From Candidatus Bathyarchaeota archaeon (GTDB lineage: Archaea > Thermoproteota > Bathyarchaeia > 40CM-2-53-6), in contig CAVSBL010000002.1 of the NCBI GenBank assembly GCA_963726255.1, positions 2,048,001 to 2,112,000 on the forward strand: a stretch of DNA of 64,000 nt. The letters run 5' to 3'. Position 1 is the first letter of the stretch, and the number at the start of each line of letters is the position of its first letter. Made by a program: the position numbers and the translations under genes. Positions 21,138 through 29,369 of this stretch are shown piece by piece. A model generated the notes under the pieces. That model made no database searches, had not been told where the DNA came from, and saw only the letters and a program-made list of their open reading frames with translations.

Positions 21138-21194
21138 TTTTCGAATTTGCGGTTAGAGCCCAAGTAAGAAAACGCATAACCCGCGTCTGAGGCG

Positions 21195-21521
21195 TTAGGA
21201 AGCCATCTTCCCTATTACCTTCCTTAGCTCAGACCGGCTCTTTACCCCCGTCAACCGGTCCCATTCCTTTCCGTTCCTGATCAAGACGAGTGTGGGTATG
21301 CTTCTGATGTTGAATTGGGCTGCTAAGTCTCGGTTATTCTCAACATCGACTTTTGCAAAGATAACCTGTTCGGCGAACTCCTTGGCAAGGGCCCTAAGTA
21401 TCGGTGCCATCACGTGACACGGCCCACACCATCCCGCCCAGAAATCCACAACAACTGGTTTTCCACTCTTCAAAAGTTCCGGTAGGTTTCCAATGGTGGC
21501 CTGAACGATCCGTCCGCCCAT
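21195..21521 (-). CDS. trxA: Thioredoxin
   Basis: DFWAGWCGPC, IRSIPTL. Confidence 0.95.
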   Translation of the reverse strand: MGGRIVQATIGNLPELLKSGKPVVVDFWAGWCGPCHVMAPILRALAKEFAEQVIFAKVDVENNRDLAAQFNIRSIPTLVLIRNGKEWDRLTGVKSRSELRKVIGKMAS

Positions 21522-21558
21522 GCTGGGACCCTGCGCGTGTTCTATTCATCGAACGCTT

Positions 21559-21966
21559 TTACTTGGACTTGGGGGAGGCAGTGTATTCCCGCTCCTCCCA
21601 CATGTCGTAGGCGGTTGCAACGGAAGCGACTTGAGTGATTATTGCCAGTGCTGTCACGAGGTGAAGGAACGAGATCACTGAGACTAGGGGAACGTTCACG
21701 CTGAGTCTGAGGTTCGCGTAGAGAATGGCCCCGAGAATTATCTGAAATGTCGCTAGAATGGCAGTCGACTTGACAATCCGCTTAAGCCGAACGGGAGCGT
21801 GGGTCTTCTTGATCTGAGCATTGTCGTAATGGGCCAACGCCAGAATGGCCAGACCTAGTACCACGTGCGCGTCTACGAGGTATATGGTGAAACGCGGGAG
21901 GGTGATGATGATTATCTGAAGGAAGGCAAGCCAAACGATTGCGTAGAGTTGTTTCCAAATGCTCAT
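21559..21966 (-). CDS. 4-TM membrane protein with intramembrane His residues
   Basis: Hydrophobic helices from MSIWKQ; upstream ORF extension overlaps the divergent promoter and was trimmed. Confidence 0.65.
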   Translation of the reverse strand: MSIWKQLYAIVWLAFLQIIIITLPRFTIYLVDAHVVLGLAILALAHYDNAQIKKTHAPVRLKRIVKSTAILATFQIILGAILYANLRLSVNVPLVSVISFLHLVTALAIITQVASVATAYDMWEEREYTASPKSK

Positions 21967-22067
21967 TGCGAATTCTCCGCGTTCACGCGACATTGCGTCC
22001 TCTAAAGAGTTCCCCCCAGTTCTCAGCCTCGGCCATAATCGTCTCTCTTGCGCGACGGCGAAGCTGG

Positions 22068-22082
22068 TTCTACTTAGTAGAA
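22068..22082. promoter_or_regulatory. Perfect palindrome TTCTAC-TTA-GTAGAA, putative TF site
   Basis: Lies between divergent membrane-protein genes; matches the motif at 7789 and 11063. Confidence 0.5.
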
Positions 22083-22139
22083 AATGACTCCAAGATTCAT
22101 ATCCTCTCCTGGTAATGGATTGGTCTTGATGTGATAGGC

Positions 22140-22535
22140 ATGAGTCAGGGTACCGGTACATCAGTTGTGAAAACTGGATTCTTGGATTTGGCCGCAGCAT
22201 TTTTCGTTATAGGCGGAGTCATCAGCCTCATAGTTAGCGTTCTTGCGCTTCCGATATTCAGCGTCTACCCATTCATCCTCGTTACGTTCGGGTTGGTGTT
22301 CGCGGTAATCTTCGTCGTCGGCCTGATTTGCTCCCTGGTAGCTATCCATTGCTATAGCCTCACCACCAGGCGGCTGCTTTCGCAGGCAGGAATGAGAGGA
22401 ATAATCTCCGGCGCAATTCTTCTAACCTTAAACTTAGGCCTGATTGGAATGACGCACGAGCTGACCACTGAAGTGGGCGCCGTAAGCGCGATAATCATCC
22501 TGATTGCTGGGGCCGTTTGTTTCGTACTACGGTAG
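22140..22535 (+). CDS. 4-TM membrane protein, paralog of 11130-11588
   Basis: Shared motifs with the 11130 ORF. Confidence 0.8.
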   Translation: MSQGTGTSVVKTGFLDLAAAFFVIGGVISLIVSVLALPIFSVYPFILVTFGLVFAVIFVVGLICSLVAIHCYSLTTRRLLSQAGMRGIISGAILLTLNLGLIGMTHELTTEVGAVSAIIILIAGAVCFVLR

Positions 22536-22648
22536 CAACTCAATCTGAAGGCCGGTCAAGGTCAACTGTAAGGAATATACTTTACAAGCAGTAAAAGCGC
22601 GCTGCATAAGTCGCATGCGAAGCATGGAGTGTTTCGGTTGTCTACTCC

Positions 22649-23512
22649 ATGGAATTTACTTCGAAGGAATTGCAGCCAGTCCTCAATGAGATGCTCGTTC
22701 ACGCAACTACCCAACTTCCGGCCGATATTTTGGGGGCTATCAAAGAGGCGCATGCCCACGAGACAAAGGACCTTGCGAAGAAGCAGCTCGAAGCTATACT
22801 CACCAGCGCCGGCCTGAGTGATGAGAAAGGGCTTCCATTGTGCCAGGACACGGGCTTGGTAACTCTGTTCGTGTCTGGCGAACTTGTCAATCACCTCGGG
22901 GAAGTTGAGAAAGCCCTTGCACACGTAGCTCAAGGCCTAACCGCGAAGGGCGCTATGAGGGCTAATGTCGTCCATCCTCTCACACGCAAGAATACCGGGA
23001 CAAACACCGGACTGAGCCAACCCGAAGTCCTGATTGATAAATCGACGGACAAAACTCAAATGAAGATGATTCTGAAGGGCGCCGGTTCAGAGAATTTCAC
23101 CAACCTCAAAATGATGGTTCCAACTGCGAGCAGGCAAGACATGCTCAAGCACATCCTTCAGGTATTGATTGAGGCGGGAGGAAAAACATGCCCACCGAAC
23201 ATTCTCGGAATTGGGATCGGTGGTTCAGCGATTCAGGCCATGTTCAACTCGAAACGTGCTCTACTTAGGGAGATTGGCTCGCGCCACCCGGACCCCGATG
23301 TCGCCCAGTTCGAGACTTCAATTCTGAAGGCAGGTAATGAACTTGGAATTGGGACAATGGGATTGGGTGGGGACACGACTTTGCTCGACGTTCACATTGA
23401 AACCGCTGGGACGCATACCGCATGCTTACCCATCGCGATTTCATTCGGTTGCTGGGCGAATAGGGTAGCTGCCGCGGAGCTGAAGGGACAACGCTTCAGG
23501 ATGGTAAGGTGA
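22649..23512 (+). CDS. Class I Fe-S fumarate/tartrate hydratase, alpha subunit
   Basis: PLCQDTG, KGAGSEN, CPP, HTACLP...CWANR. Confidence 0.92.
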   Translation: MEFTSKELQPVLNEMLVHATTQLPADILGAIKEAHAHETKDLAKKQLEAILTSAGLSDEKGLPLCQDTGLVTLFVSGELVNHLGEVEKALAHVAQGLTAKGAMRANVVHPLTRKNTGTNTGLSQPEVLIDKSTDKTQMKMILKGAGSENFTNLKMMVPTASRQDMLKHILQVLIEAGGKTCPPNILGIGIGGSAIQAMFNSKRALLREIGSRHPDPDVAQFETSILKAGNELGIGTMGLGGDTTLLDVHIETAGTHTACLPIAISFGCWANRVAAAELKGQRFRMVR

Positions 23513-23518
23513 TGTGGA

Positions 23519-24097
23519 ATGACTGATTTCAAACTCAACGTTCCACAAGACAATGCTCGAATAACGGAGGTCCGCGTGGGCGACGTCCTTTACGTGACCG
23601 GCGATATTGCCATAGCCCGAGACCAAGCGCACAAGAAACTCCTCGAAACATTCATCCCAGAAGTGGCTGGTCTCCCAATATTTCATTGCGGACCAATCGC
23701 CCGCAAGGTTGGCGAGGAATGGAAAATTGTGGCAGGCGGCCCAACAACAAGCACACGAATGGACGCACTCACACCCCCCATCCTAGAGAAGTACGGGACC
23801 AAGGTGGTCATCGGCAAAGGGGGCCTGGGAGAAATCGGAAAGAAGGGCCTAGCCAATTTTGGTGCCGTATACTCAGAGTTCACCGGCGGCGCTTCCGCGC
23901 TGGCTGTGTCAAAGATTGTCCGCGTGAAGAAAAGGCTGCTCGAGGAGCTAGGGCCTACGGAGCTTGTATGGATATGGGAAGTGAAAGATTTCGGGCCCCT
24001 ACTCGTGACGCAGGACCATCAAGGCGGCGATATCAAGAAGATAGTTACGACGCAAGCAACCTCAAAGCTTGATGCACTTGTAAAGGCATATGCCTAA
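23519..24097 (+). CDS. Class I Fe-S fumarate/tartrate hydratase, beta subunit
   Basis: ARDQAHK, FHCGP, GPTTSTRM, IGKGG, FGPL. Confidence 0.92.
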   Translation: MTDFKLNVPQDNARITEVRVGDVLYVTGDIAIARDQAHKKLLETFIPEVAGLPIFHCGPIARKVGEEWKIVAGGPTTSTRMDALTPPILEKYGTKVVIGKGGLGEIGKKGLANFGAVYSEFTGGASALAVSKIVRVKKRLLEELGPTELVWIWEVKDFGPLLVTQDHQGGDIKKIVTTQATSKLDALVKAYA

Positions 24098-24117
24098 GCC
24101 CACGTTCCTAGCGGAAA

Positions 24118-24480
24118 TCAAGCCGAAACGAAGTGCAGCAGTAGCGTGAACAGTATGAGGATGAGGCCGATTGCAGCTAGCTGAAAGGCTAGGCTGATAG
24201 ATTTCTCGCGGGTCGTTTGATACTGGTTCATGTCAACGCGTGCGCCAGTATTAGCCTCCCTTATGATCGTTGAATGTTCGCCAATGCCTGCGCCTGAAAG
24301 GCCAGCGATTAGTAAGCAAATTACGGCTTCGGTGAAGGTTAGAACTGCCGCCATCTGAATCCAGTTAGTGGTATTCTTGAATAGCCAATACCCTTGGGCA
24401 GGGCCGAAGAATATCGCGGCGAGAAGGTCGAACACGAACAGTACGAGCGCTGGAAGGATTACTTGCCTAATTCTGGCCAT
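24118..24480 (-). CDS. Membrane protein, unknown function
   Basis: Three hydrophobic segments. Confidence 0.65.
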   Translation of the reverse strand: MARIRQVILPALVLFVFDLLAAIFFGPAQGYWLFKNTTNWIQMAAVLTFTEAVICLLIAGLSGAGIGEHSTIIREANTGARVDMNQYQTTREKSISLAFQLAAIGLILILFTLLLHFVSA

Positions 24481-24542
24481 TAACCACGAGAGTATCAAAG
24501 TGTACGCAACCCCAAGGGCTTCGGCGGTCGTAGTCTGGTTCC

Positions 24543-24884
24543 CTAGGAAAGAAAAAGCTGTGTTGGTGCAGGTTCGACTAACATTATGAGGCGTTTGCCG
24601 TAGTCCGTTTCGAGCGAGAGGCTGTCATCATCGAAATCTAAGGCATCGATACTGATTCGCTCGGCCTTCAGACTCCTTTCGAGAGCGGGGTTGACAAATA
24701 CTCGCAACCCACCTACCTCGGCCAGGAGCGACACTGGCCAGCCGGGCTCGTTCTCTCTCAGCATAACATTGCTGTTCGAGCAGCAGCTGGTATCGTCGAG
24801 CAAAATGACGAGTCTTTCATGTTCCTTTGAAATTCTTTGCAGCAATGTTGCAGCTGCTGGTGTTAATCGTACCTCGGAGCGCAT
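24543..24884 (-). CDS. DUF779-like protein (CC motif), ALDH-associated
   Basis: VRLTPAA..L...HERL...SCC...SLETDYGKRL; 3 nt downstream of the ALDH gene. Confidence 0.7.
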   Translation of the reverse strand: MRSEVRLTPAAATLLQRISKEHERLVILLDDTSCCSNSNVMLRENEPGWPVSLLAEVGGLRVFVNPALERSLKAERISIDALDFDDDSLSLETDYGKRLIMLVEPAPTQLFLS

Positions 24885-24887
24885 CTT

Positions 24888-26399
24888 TTACTGGGGACCG
24901 TAGACCGTATAATGCCAGGGTTTCCTAACGTCGCCGCTTAGGTCGATGTAAACGTGTTTGACGTCAGTGTAGTCGTCGAACGTGTAGAGGCTCATGTCCT
25001 TGCCGAACCCGCTCTGCTTGTAACCGCCATGTGGCATCTCGCTGACGAGCGGTAGGTGGTCGTTTATCCAGACGCAGCCAAAGCGAAGTTCCGCGGCCGC
25101 CTTCATCGCTTTGAAGATGTCCTTCGTCCAGACCGAGCTTGCTAAGCCGTAGATGATGTCGTTCGATTTCTCAATGGCTTCGCTCATAGTTTTGAATGGT
25201 AGGGCGGTGAGAACCGGGCCGAATATTTCTTGCTGAACGATTCGCATGTCTTGTTTGGCGTCGGCGAATAGGGTGGGCTCGTAGTAGAAGCCCTTGCTGT
25301 TGGGGTTAGGTAGGTTTGGCCGTTTGCCCCCGACCAGTAATTTGGCTTCCTCCTTTACGCCGCTTGCCACCATATCCTCAACTTTGCGCCTCTGCGCGTC
25401 GGAAACGAGTGGGCCGAGGTCGGTTTCCCGTTTTGTTGTGTCGCCCAGTTTGATTTTCTTGATCCGTTCAACGACCAAGTTGAGGAATTTCTGGTAGACC
25501 GTTTCCTGCACGTAAAGCCTAGTTGCCGCGGTGCAATCTTGGCCGCTGTTCACATAGCCTCCCACTACGGCTCCTTCCGCAGCAGCTTCGAGGTCTGCGT
25601 CTTCGAAGACGATGAAGGGTGCCTTCCCGCCTAATTCCAATTGCACTCGCTTCACGCTTCCCGATGCGAGTTCCATGATACGCCGGCCGGTTAGTGTGTC
25701 GCCTGTTAAGCCAACGATATCTACGCCAGGGTGTGTGACTAATGCTTCGCCTAGTATTGCTCCGGGGCCGGTTACAACATTCACGACACCCTTCGGGAAG
25801 CCTGCTTTCTCAGTTAACTTCGCGAACTCTATGGTGGTTAATGGTGTGACGCTGGCTGGTTTTATTACAACCGTGTTGCCCGCAGCGAGTGGTGGAATAG
25901 CTTTCCACGCGAGCATCATGAACGGGTAATTCCAAGGTGTGATCGTGGCGACGACGCCGACGGGTTCGCGTCTGATGATACTAGTCGCAACCGCGTTGTA
26001 TTCCGTGCTCGCCCTTCCTTCTAGGCATCTAGCGGCACCAGCAAAGAAACGAATGTTATCGATTGCGAAGGGGAAGTCGCTGTCGCGGCTCAGCTTGATC
26101 GGTTTACCTTGCTGTTGAGTTTCCAATAGTGCGAGGCTGTCAATTTCTTTCTCGATAAGGTCAGCCAATTTCATGATGAGGCCAGCGCGTTCCGCCGGTG
26201 CCATCCGTGGCCAACGGCCTTTATCGAACGCCTCACGCGCCGCATCGACGGCCTTGCCCGCGTCTTTTCCGTCGCCCTTTGGAACTTTGGCGATGACTTC
26301 AGTCGTGGCCGGGTTGATTACATCATATGTCGCTTTACTTTCTGAAGGACCCCATTCGCCGTTGATGAACATCTGGTAAGGATGAACCGTTACTTCCAA
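24888..26399 (-). CDS. NAD-dependent aldehyde dehydrogenase, aminobutyraldehyde dehydrogenase (PatD)-like
   Basis: ITPWNYP, LELGGK, NSGQDCTA, EIFGPV, SEMPHGGYKQSGFGKDMS. Confidence 0.93.
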   Translation of the reverse strand: MEVTVHPYQMFINGEWGPSESKATYDVINPATTEVIAKVPKGDGKDAGKAVDAAREAFDKGRWPRMAPAERAGLIMKLADLIEKEIDSLALLETQQQGKPIKLSRDSDFPFAIDNIRFFAGAARCLEGRASTEYNAVATSIIRREPVGVVATITPWNYPFMMLAWKAIPPLAAGNTVVIKPASVTPLTTIEFAKLTEKAGFPKGVVNVVTGPGAILGEALVTHPGVDIVGLTGDTLTGRRIMELASGSVKRVQLELGGKAPFIVFEDADLEAAAEGAVVGGYVNSGQDCTAATRLYVQETVYQKFLNLVVERIKKIKLGDTTKRETDLGPLVSDAQRRKVEDMVASGVKEEAKLLVGGKRPNLPNPNSKGFYYEPTLFADAKQDMRIVQQEIFGPVLTALPFKTMSEAIEKSNDIIYGLASSVWTKDIFKAMKAAAELRFGCVWINDHLPLVSEMPHGGYKQSGFGKDMSLYTFDDYTDVKHVYIDLSGDVRKPWHYTVYGPQ

Positions 26400-26531
26400 A
26401 AGCTAAACCCGCAAACTATTCGCTTGGTTGTTCATAAAGCCCTTCCGTTTCCCGCTGCAGGCACAATGCTAACCCTCTTATGGGAGAAAACATTGCGTAA
26501 TGGTTCCACACTAGTACCAGAGTAGTTCTTA

Positions 26532-27029
26532 ATGGACCCGGATTTTGAGCGGTTTAGCGTCTACGGCTTTTCAATCGATTACCCAAAGGAGGCCCGCATT
26601 GAATTTAACCCTAAGAGCCGGCGAGGCGAGGGTGACATTGTCTTCCACTTCCCTGATAAGACGAAGATCTACCTTTCGTGGGGCGACCTTGAGAAAGCCA
26701 AGAAGAGTTTCGGGACTGTCGACGAACATGCTGACCACGGCCTTAACAGAGTGAAGACGGCGAGGAACATAAAGAGCTTTGAACTGATTTCCCACGATGC
26801 AGTGGGCATAAACTCGCATCACGGAGCCTACAACCGTGCGAAGTTTGAAGAGGTCGCCGTGGGTTTTCTCGGCGGTAGGAGCAAGAGTCCTCGAGAAGCT
26901 CATTCTATTCACGTACACTGCGAAGAGTCGTCAAGGTATTACGTAGTCTACGCACTGCTGTCAATTGGTGGAACCTACGACTACGCGAAGACGTTTACTA
27001 AAATGGCGAAGACTCTGAAATGCCACTAG
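26532..27029 (+). CDS. Hypothetical protein (possibly PsbP/Mog1-like fold)
   Basis: YGFSIDYP N-terminus, ends KMAKTLKCH; weak fold guess. Confidence 0.6.
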   Translation: MDPDFERFSVYGFSIDYPKEARIEFNPKSRRGEGDIVFHFPDKTKIYLSWGDLEKAKKSFGTVDEHADHGLNRVKTARNIKSFELISHDAVGINSHHGAYNRAKFEEVAVGFLGGRSKSPREAHSIHVHCEESSRYYVVYALLSIGGTYDYAKTFTKMAKTLKCH

Positions 27030-27124
27030 TTTACTCGCTGATGCTTACCAGTTCACGTCTGGCCAGACCCGAATAGTACAAATAGCGTAACATAATTCTT
27101 CTCGGTTTCGGCAGGCCACATTTA

Positions 27125-27907
27125 ATGGAAAAAGTTCAGGACTCCAGCAAACTAGATTCAATGATGAAAGAGGAAGGCCCGCGACTCGTTAGGGAAGGAA
27201 GCAGGCGAGGCCTGCACATCAGGCTATTGGGCGCAATCGCCTTCCAACACCATTGCCCAAAATACAATTACCTAACTGCAAAACTGCACCGACAACTCTC
27301 CGACGTTGACTTTGCAGGTTACAATTCTGAGAGGAAAGCCATCGATAAGATGATGCGCGAGTTCGGCTACGCGGACCAGCCCATGGTTTCGGCGCTGTTC
27401 GGGCACCAGCGAATGATTTGGGATAATAAATCGAATGGACTTCACGTCGACATCTTCTTTGACAAACTGGAAATGAACCATGACATCCCATTCACGGGCC
27501 GCCTAGAACTTGAAGAGACGACCATCCCGCTCGCTGATATGCTTCTTGAGAAAATGCAGATCGTTCGCATAAATGAGAAGGACATCGTAGACACCATAAT
27601 GCTCCTCCGAGAGCATACGATTGGCAATTCCGCGGCGCCCGAAACCATCGACGCAGGTTACATAGCTGAACTCCTATCAAACGATTGGGGCTTCTATCAC
27701 ACATTCACTACCAACCTCAAGAACGTTGAAGACCGACTAAACCTCTACCCGGAACTGACGGGGGAAGACAGAGCGGACGTTTCAAAGAAAATCCACGAAC
27801 TGCTCTCAATCTTGGACAAGAAACCAAAAGCACTCGCCTGGAAACTCCGAGCCCGAGTAGGGCCGAAGACCAAGTGGTACAAGGACGTAGAAGACGTAAG
27901 ACGCTAA
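27125..27907 (+). CDS. Uncharacterised nucleotidyltransferase-fold protein
   Basis: LLGAIAF...SDVDFAG...VDIFFD (G, DxD, third D). Confidence 0.65.
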   Translation: MEKVQDSSKLDSMMKEEGPRLVREGSRRGLHIRLLGAIAFQHHCPKYNYLTAKLHRQLSDVDFAGYNSERKAIDKMMREFGYADQPMVSALFGHQRMIWDNKSNGLHVDIFFDKLEMNHDIPFTGRLELEETTIPLADMLLEKMQIVRINEKDIVDTIMLLREHTIGNSAAPETIDAGYIAELLSNDWGFYHTFTTNLKNVEDRLNLYPELTGEDRADVSKKIHELLSILDKKPKALAWKLRARVGPKTKWYKDVEDVRR

Positions 27908-27928
27908 GATCGCAACCACCGTCTTCAG

Positions 27929-28473
27929 ATGGGCACTGCCACAGCGGGTTGCATTAGAGTGAAGGGAAAGAAGGTTCGAGGTTCCGTTCGCGCGCGCAGG
28001 TTGCATTTGCTACTGACCGTTGGGTTAGTGTGCGTTGTAATAGGGACGGCTTTGATTCTGTTCGCAGCCCTCTGGAACCCGGGCGCTCCGCCGGTTGAGG
28101 TTGTGCTGAGCCAGAGTGGAGCCCAGGTGTTCAAAGGCGCCTACTATGACGCGATCACGATTCAAAACCATTCAAGCCAAAATGTAACGGTAGTTGTACT
28201 GGTAAAGACGGTGCTAGACGGCTTCCCGCAGAATCCGCGCCTGTCACAATCTGTGGGCAGTGCCGGACTATAGTGAGAATTGAGGAGATTCAGCCGACCC
28301 CCGACATGAACTTGGACTACTACCAGGGCGCGATTGGCTCGCCGGAATACATTCACGTAAGATACGGGCCCACCTTACTCAGCAATATTGCAGGCTCAGC
28401 TTTGCCATCGGGTTTGAGCGTTGCGGCCGTTGGCTTCGCACTTCTAATTTACGGGCGCACGGGCAAACGATAG
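27929..28473 (+). pseudogene. Membrane protein with N- and C-terminal TM helices, frameshifted at the CCC run 28225-28227
   Basis: Adding one C joins ...LDGFP to AESAPVTICGQCRTIVRIEEIQ... of the 28273 ORF. Confidence 0.6.
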
Positions 28474-28647
28474 GGATCGCGGGATCAAATCTGTAGAGAA
28501 CCTGCGCGGAAACCCTGTAATGCGTTTGCGATGCACCCGCCCCCTAGGGGTTGAAATGTAGCCTATTCGCGGGCGAGATGATGTGGTTTCGGCCTGCATA
28601 ATGGCTCCATTCCAATCTTGGCTGGGTCAATTTCAATGCTCAATGGC

Positions 28648-28680
28648 ATACTGACTACGCCCGCGACTCTGAGGCCGTAA
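28648..28680 (+). repeat. Orphan 3'-end fragment of the LRP-terminal domain (ILTTPATLRP*), left island border
   Basis: ATACTGACTACGCCCGCGACTCTGAGGCCGTAA matches the ends of genes at 32123, 37285, 40806. Confidence 0.7.
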
Positions 28681-28762
28681 CAGTTCAGAACACTGAAGCG
28701 GGCGTTTGCAGCTGCAGCAGATTCGACACTCTAACCAGGATTAGGCCAGCCGCAGTCGAAGG

Positions 28763-29254
28763 CTATTCGACGGTGAAGTAGCAGTATCCTCTGAGTGTGC
28801 GCGGTGCGCCCGGGTAGATGACTCGGCCCCATAGTTCTACGCGGTATAATCCGGTGGGGTCGGTTGTTTTGATTTGGTATGTGGCGCTCTCAGCTATGTC
28901 CCGGTTTAGATGTAGGCTTACGTTTGCCCCGTCCGGTTTGATTATGAACAGCCCATACGCAACGCCTACGCCTCCGACGGCTGGGTAAATGTGGATAGTT
29001 ACATTTTGCCCAACATTATACACGGTCTTGTCGGGCCAAATTCGGTATGAACACGTTGAGCATGCTAGTGAAGCTATTGACGTCGCAGTTACTGAACTAG
29101 GTACGGTAGGTGGCAACATGGTTGACTGGAAAGTAGCGGCGACAAATAGGACTAGACACGTCGCAGCAACTCCAACCAATACTGGAATCTGCTTCCGATT
29201 GATCGACAAAAGAGGTGCCCCACACTCTACAGGAATGGGTTTCTCTATGAACAT
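28763..29254 (-). CDS. Secreted/membrane-anchored Ig-like (MG2-like) protein
   Basis: N-terminal hydrophobic stretch; PDKTVYNVGQNVTI...KPDG...DPTGLYRVEL. Confidence 0.65.
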   Translation of the reverse strand: MFIEKPIPVECGAPLLSINRKQIPVLVGVAATCLVLFVAATFQSTMLPPTVPSSVTATSIASLACSTCSYRIWPDKTVYNVGQNVTIHIYPAVGGVGVAYGLFIIKPDGANVSLHLNRDIAESATYQIKTTDPTGLYRVELWGRVIYPGAPRTLRGYCYFTVE

Positions 29255-29369
29255 TAAGGCGCCAAAGAAAACCTATAGATAGTCCCCGGCTCGTTCGCGC
29301 TTGTAACTACATTAGGTATTGTTCTTACAAAGAAAGTAAGTGTATCCGCTGCCGATTACGCCCTGATGG

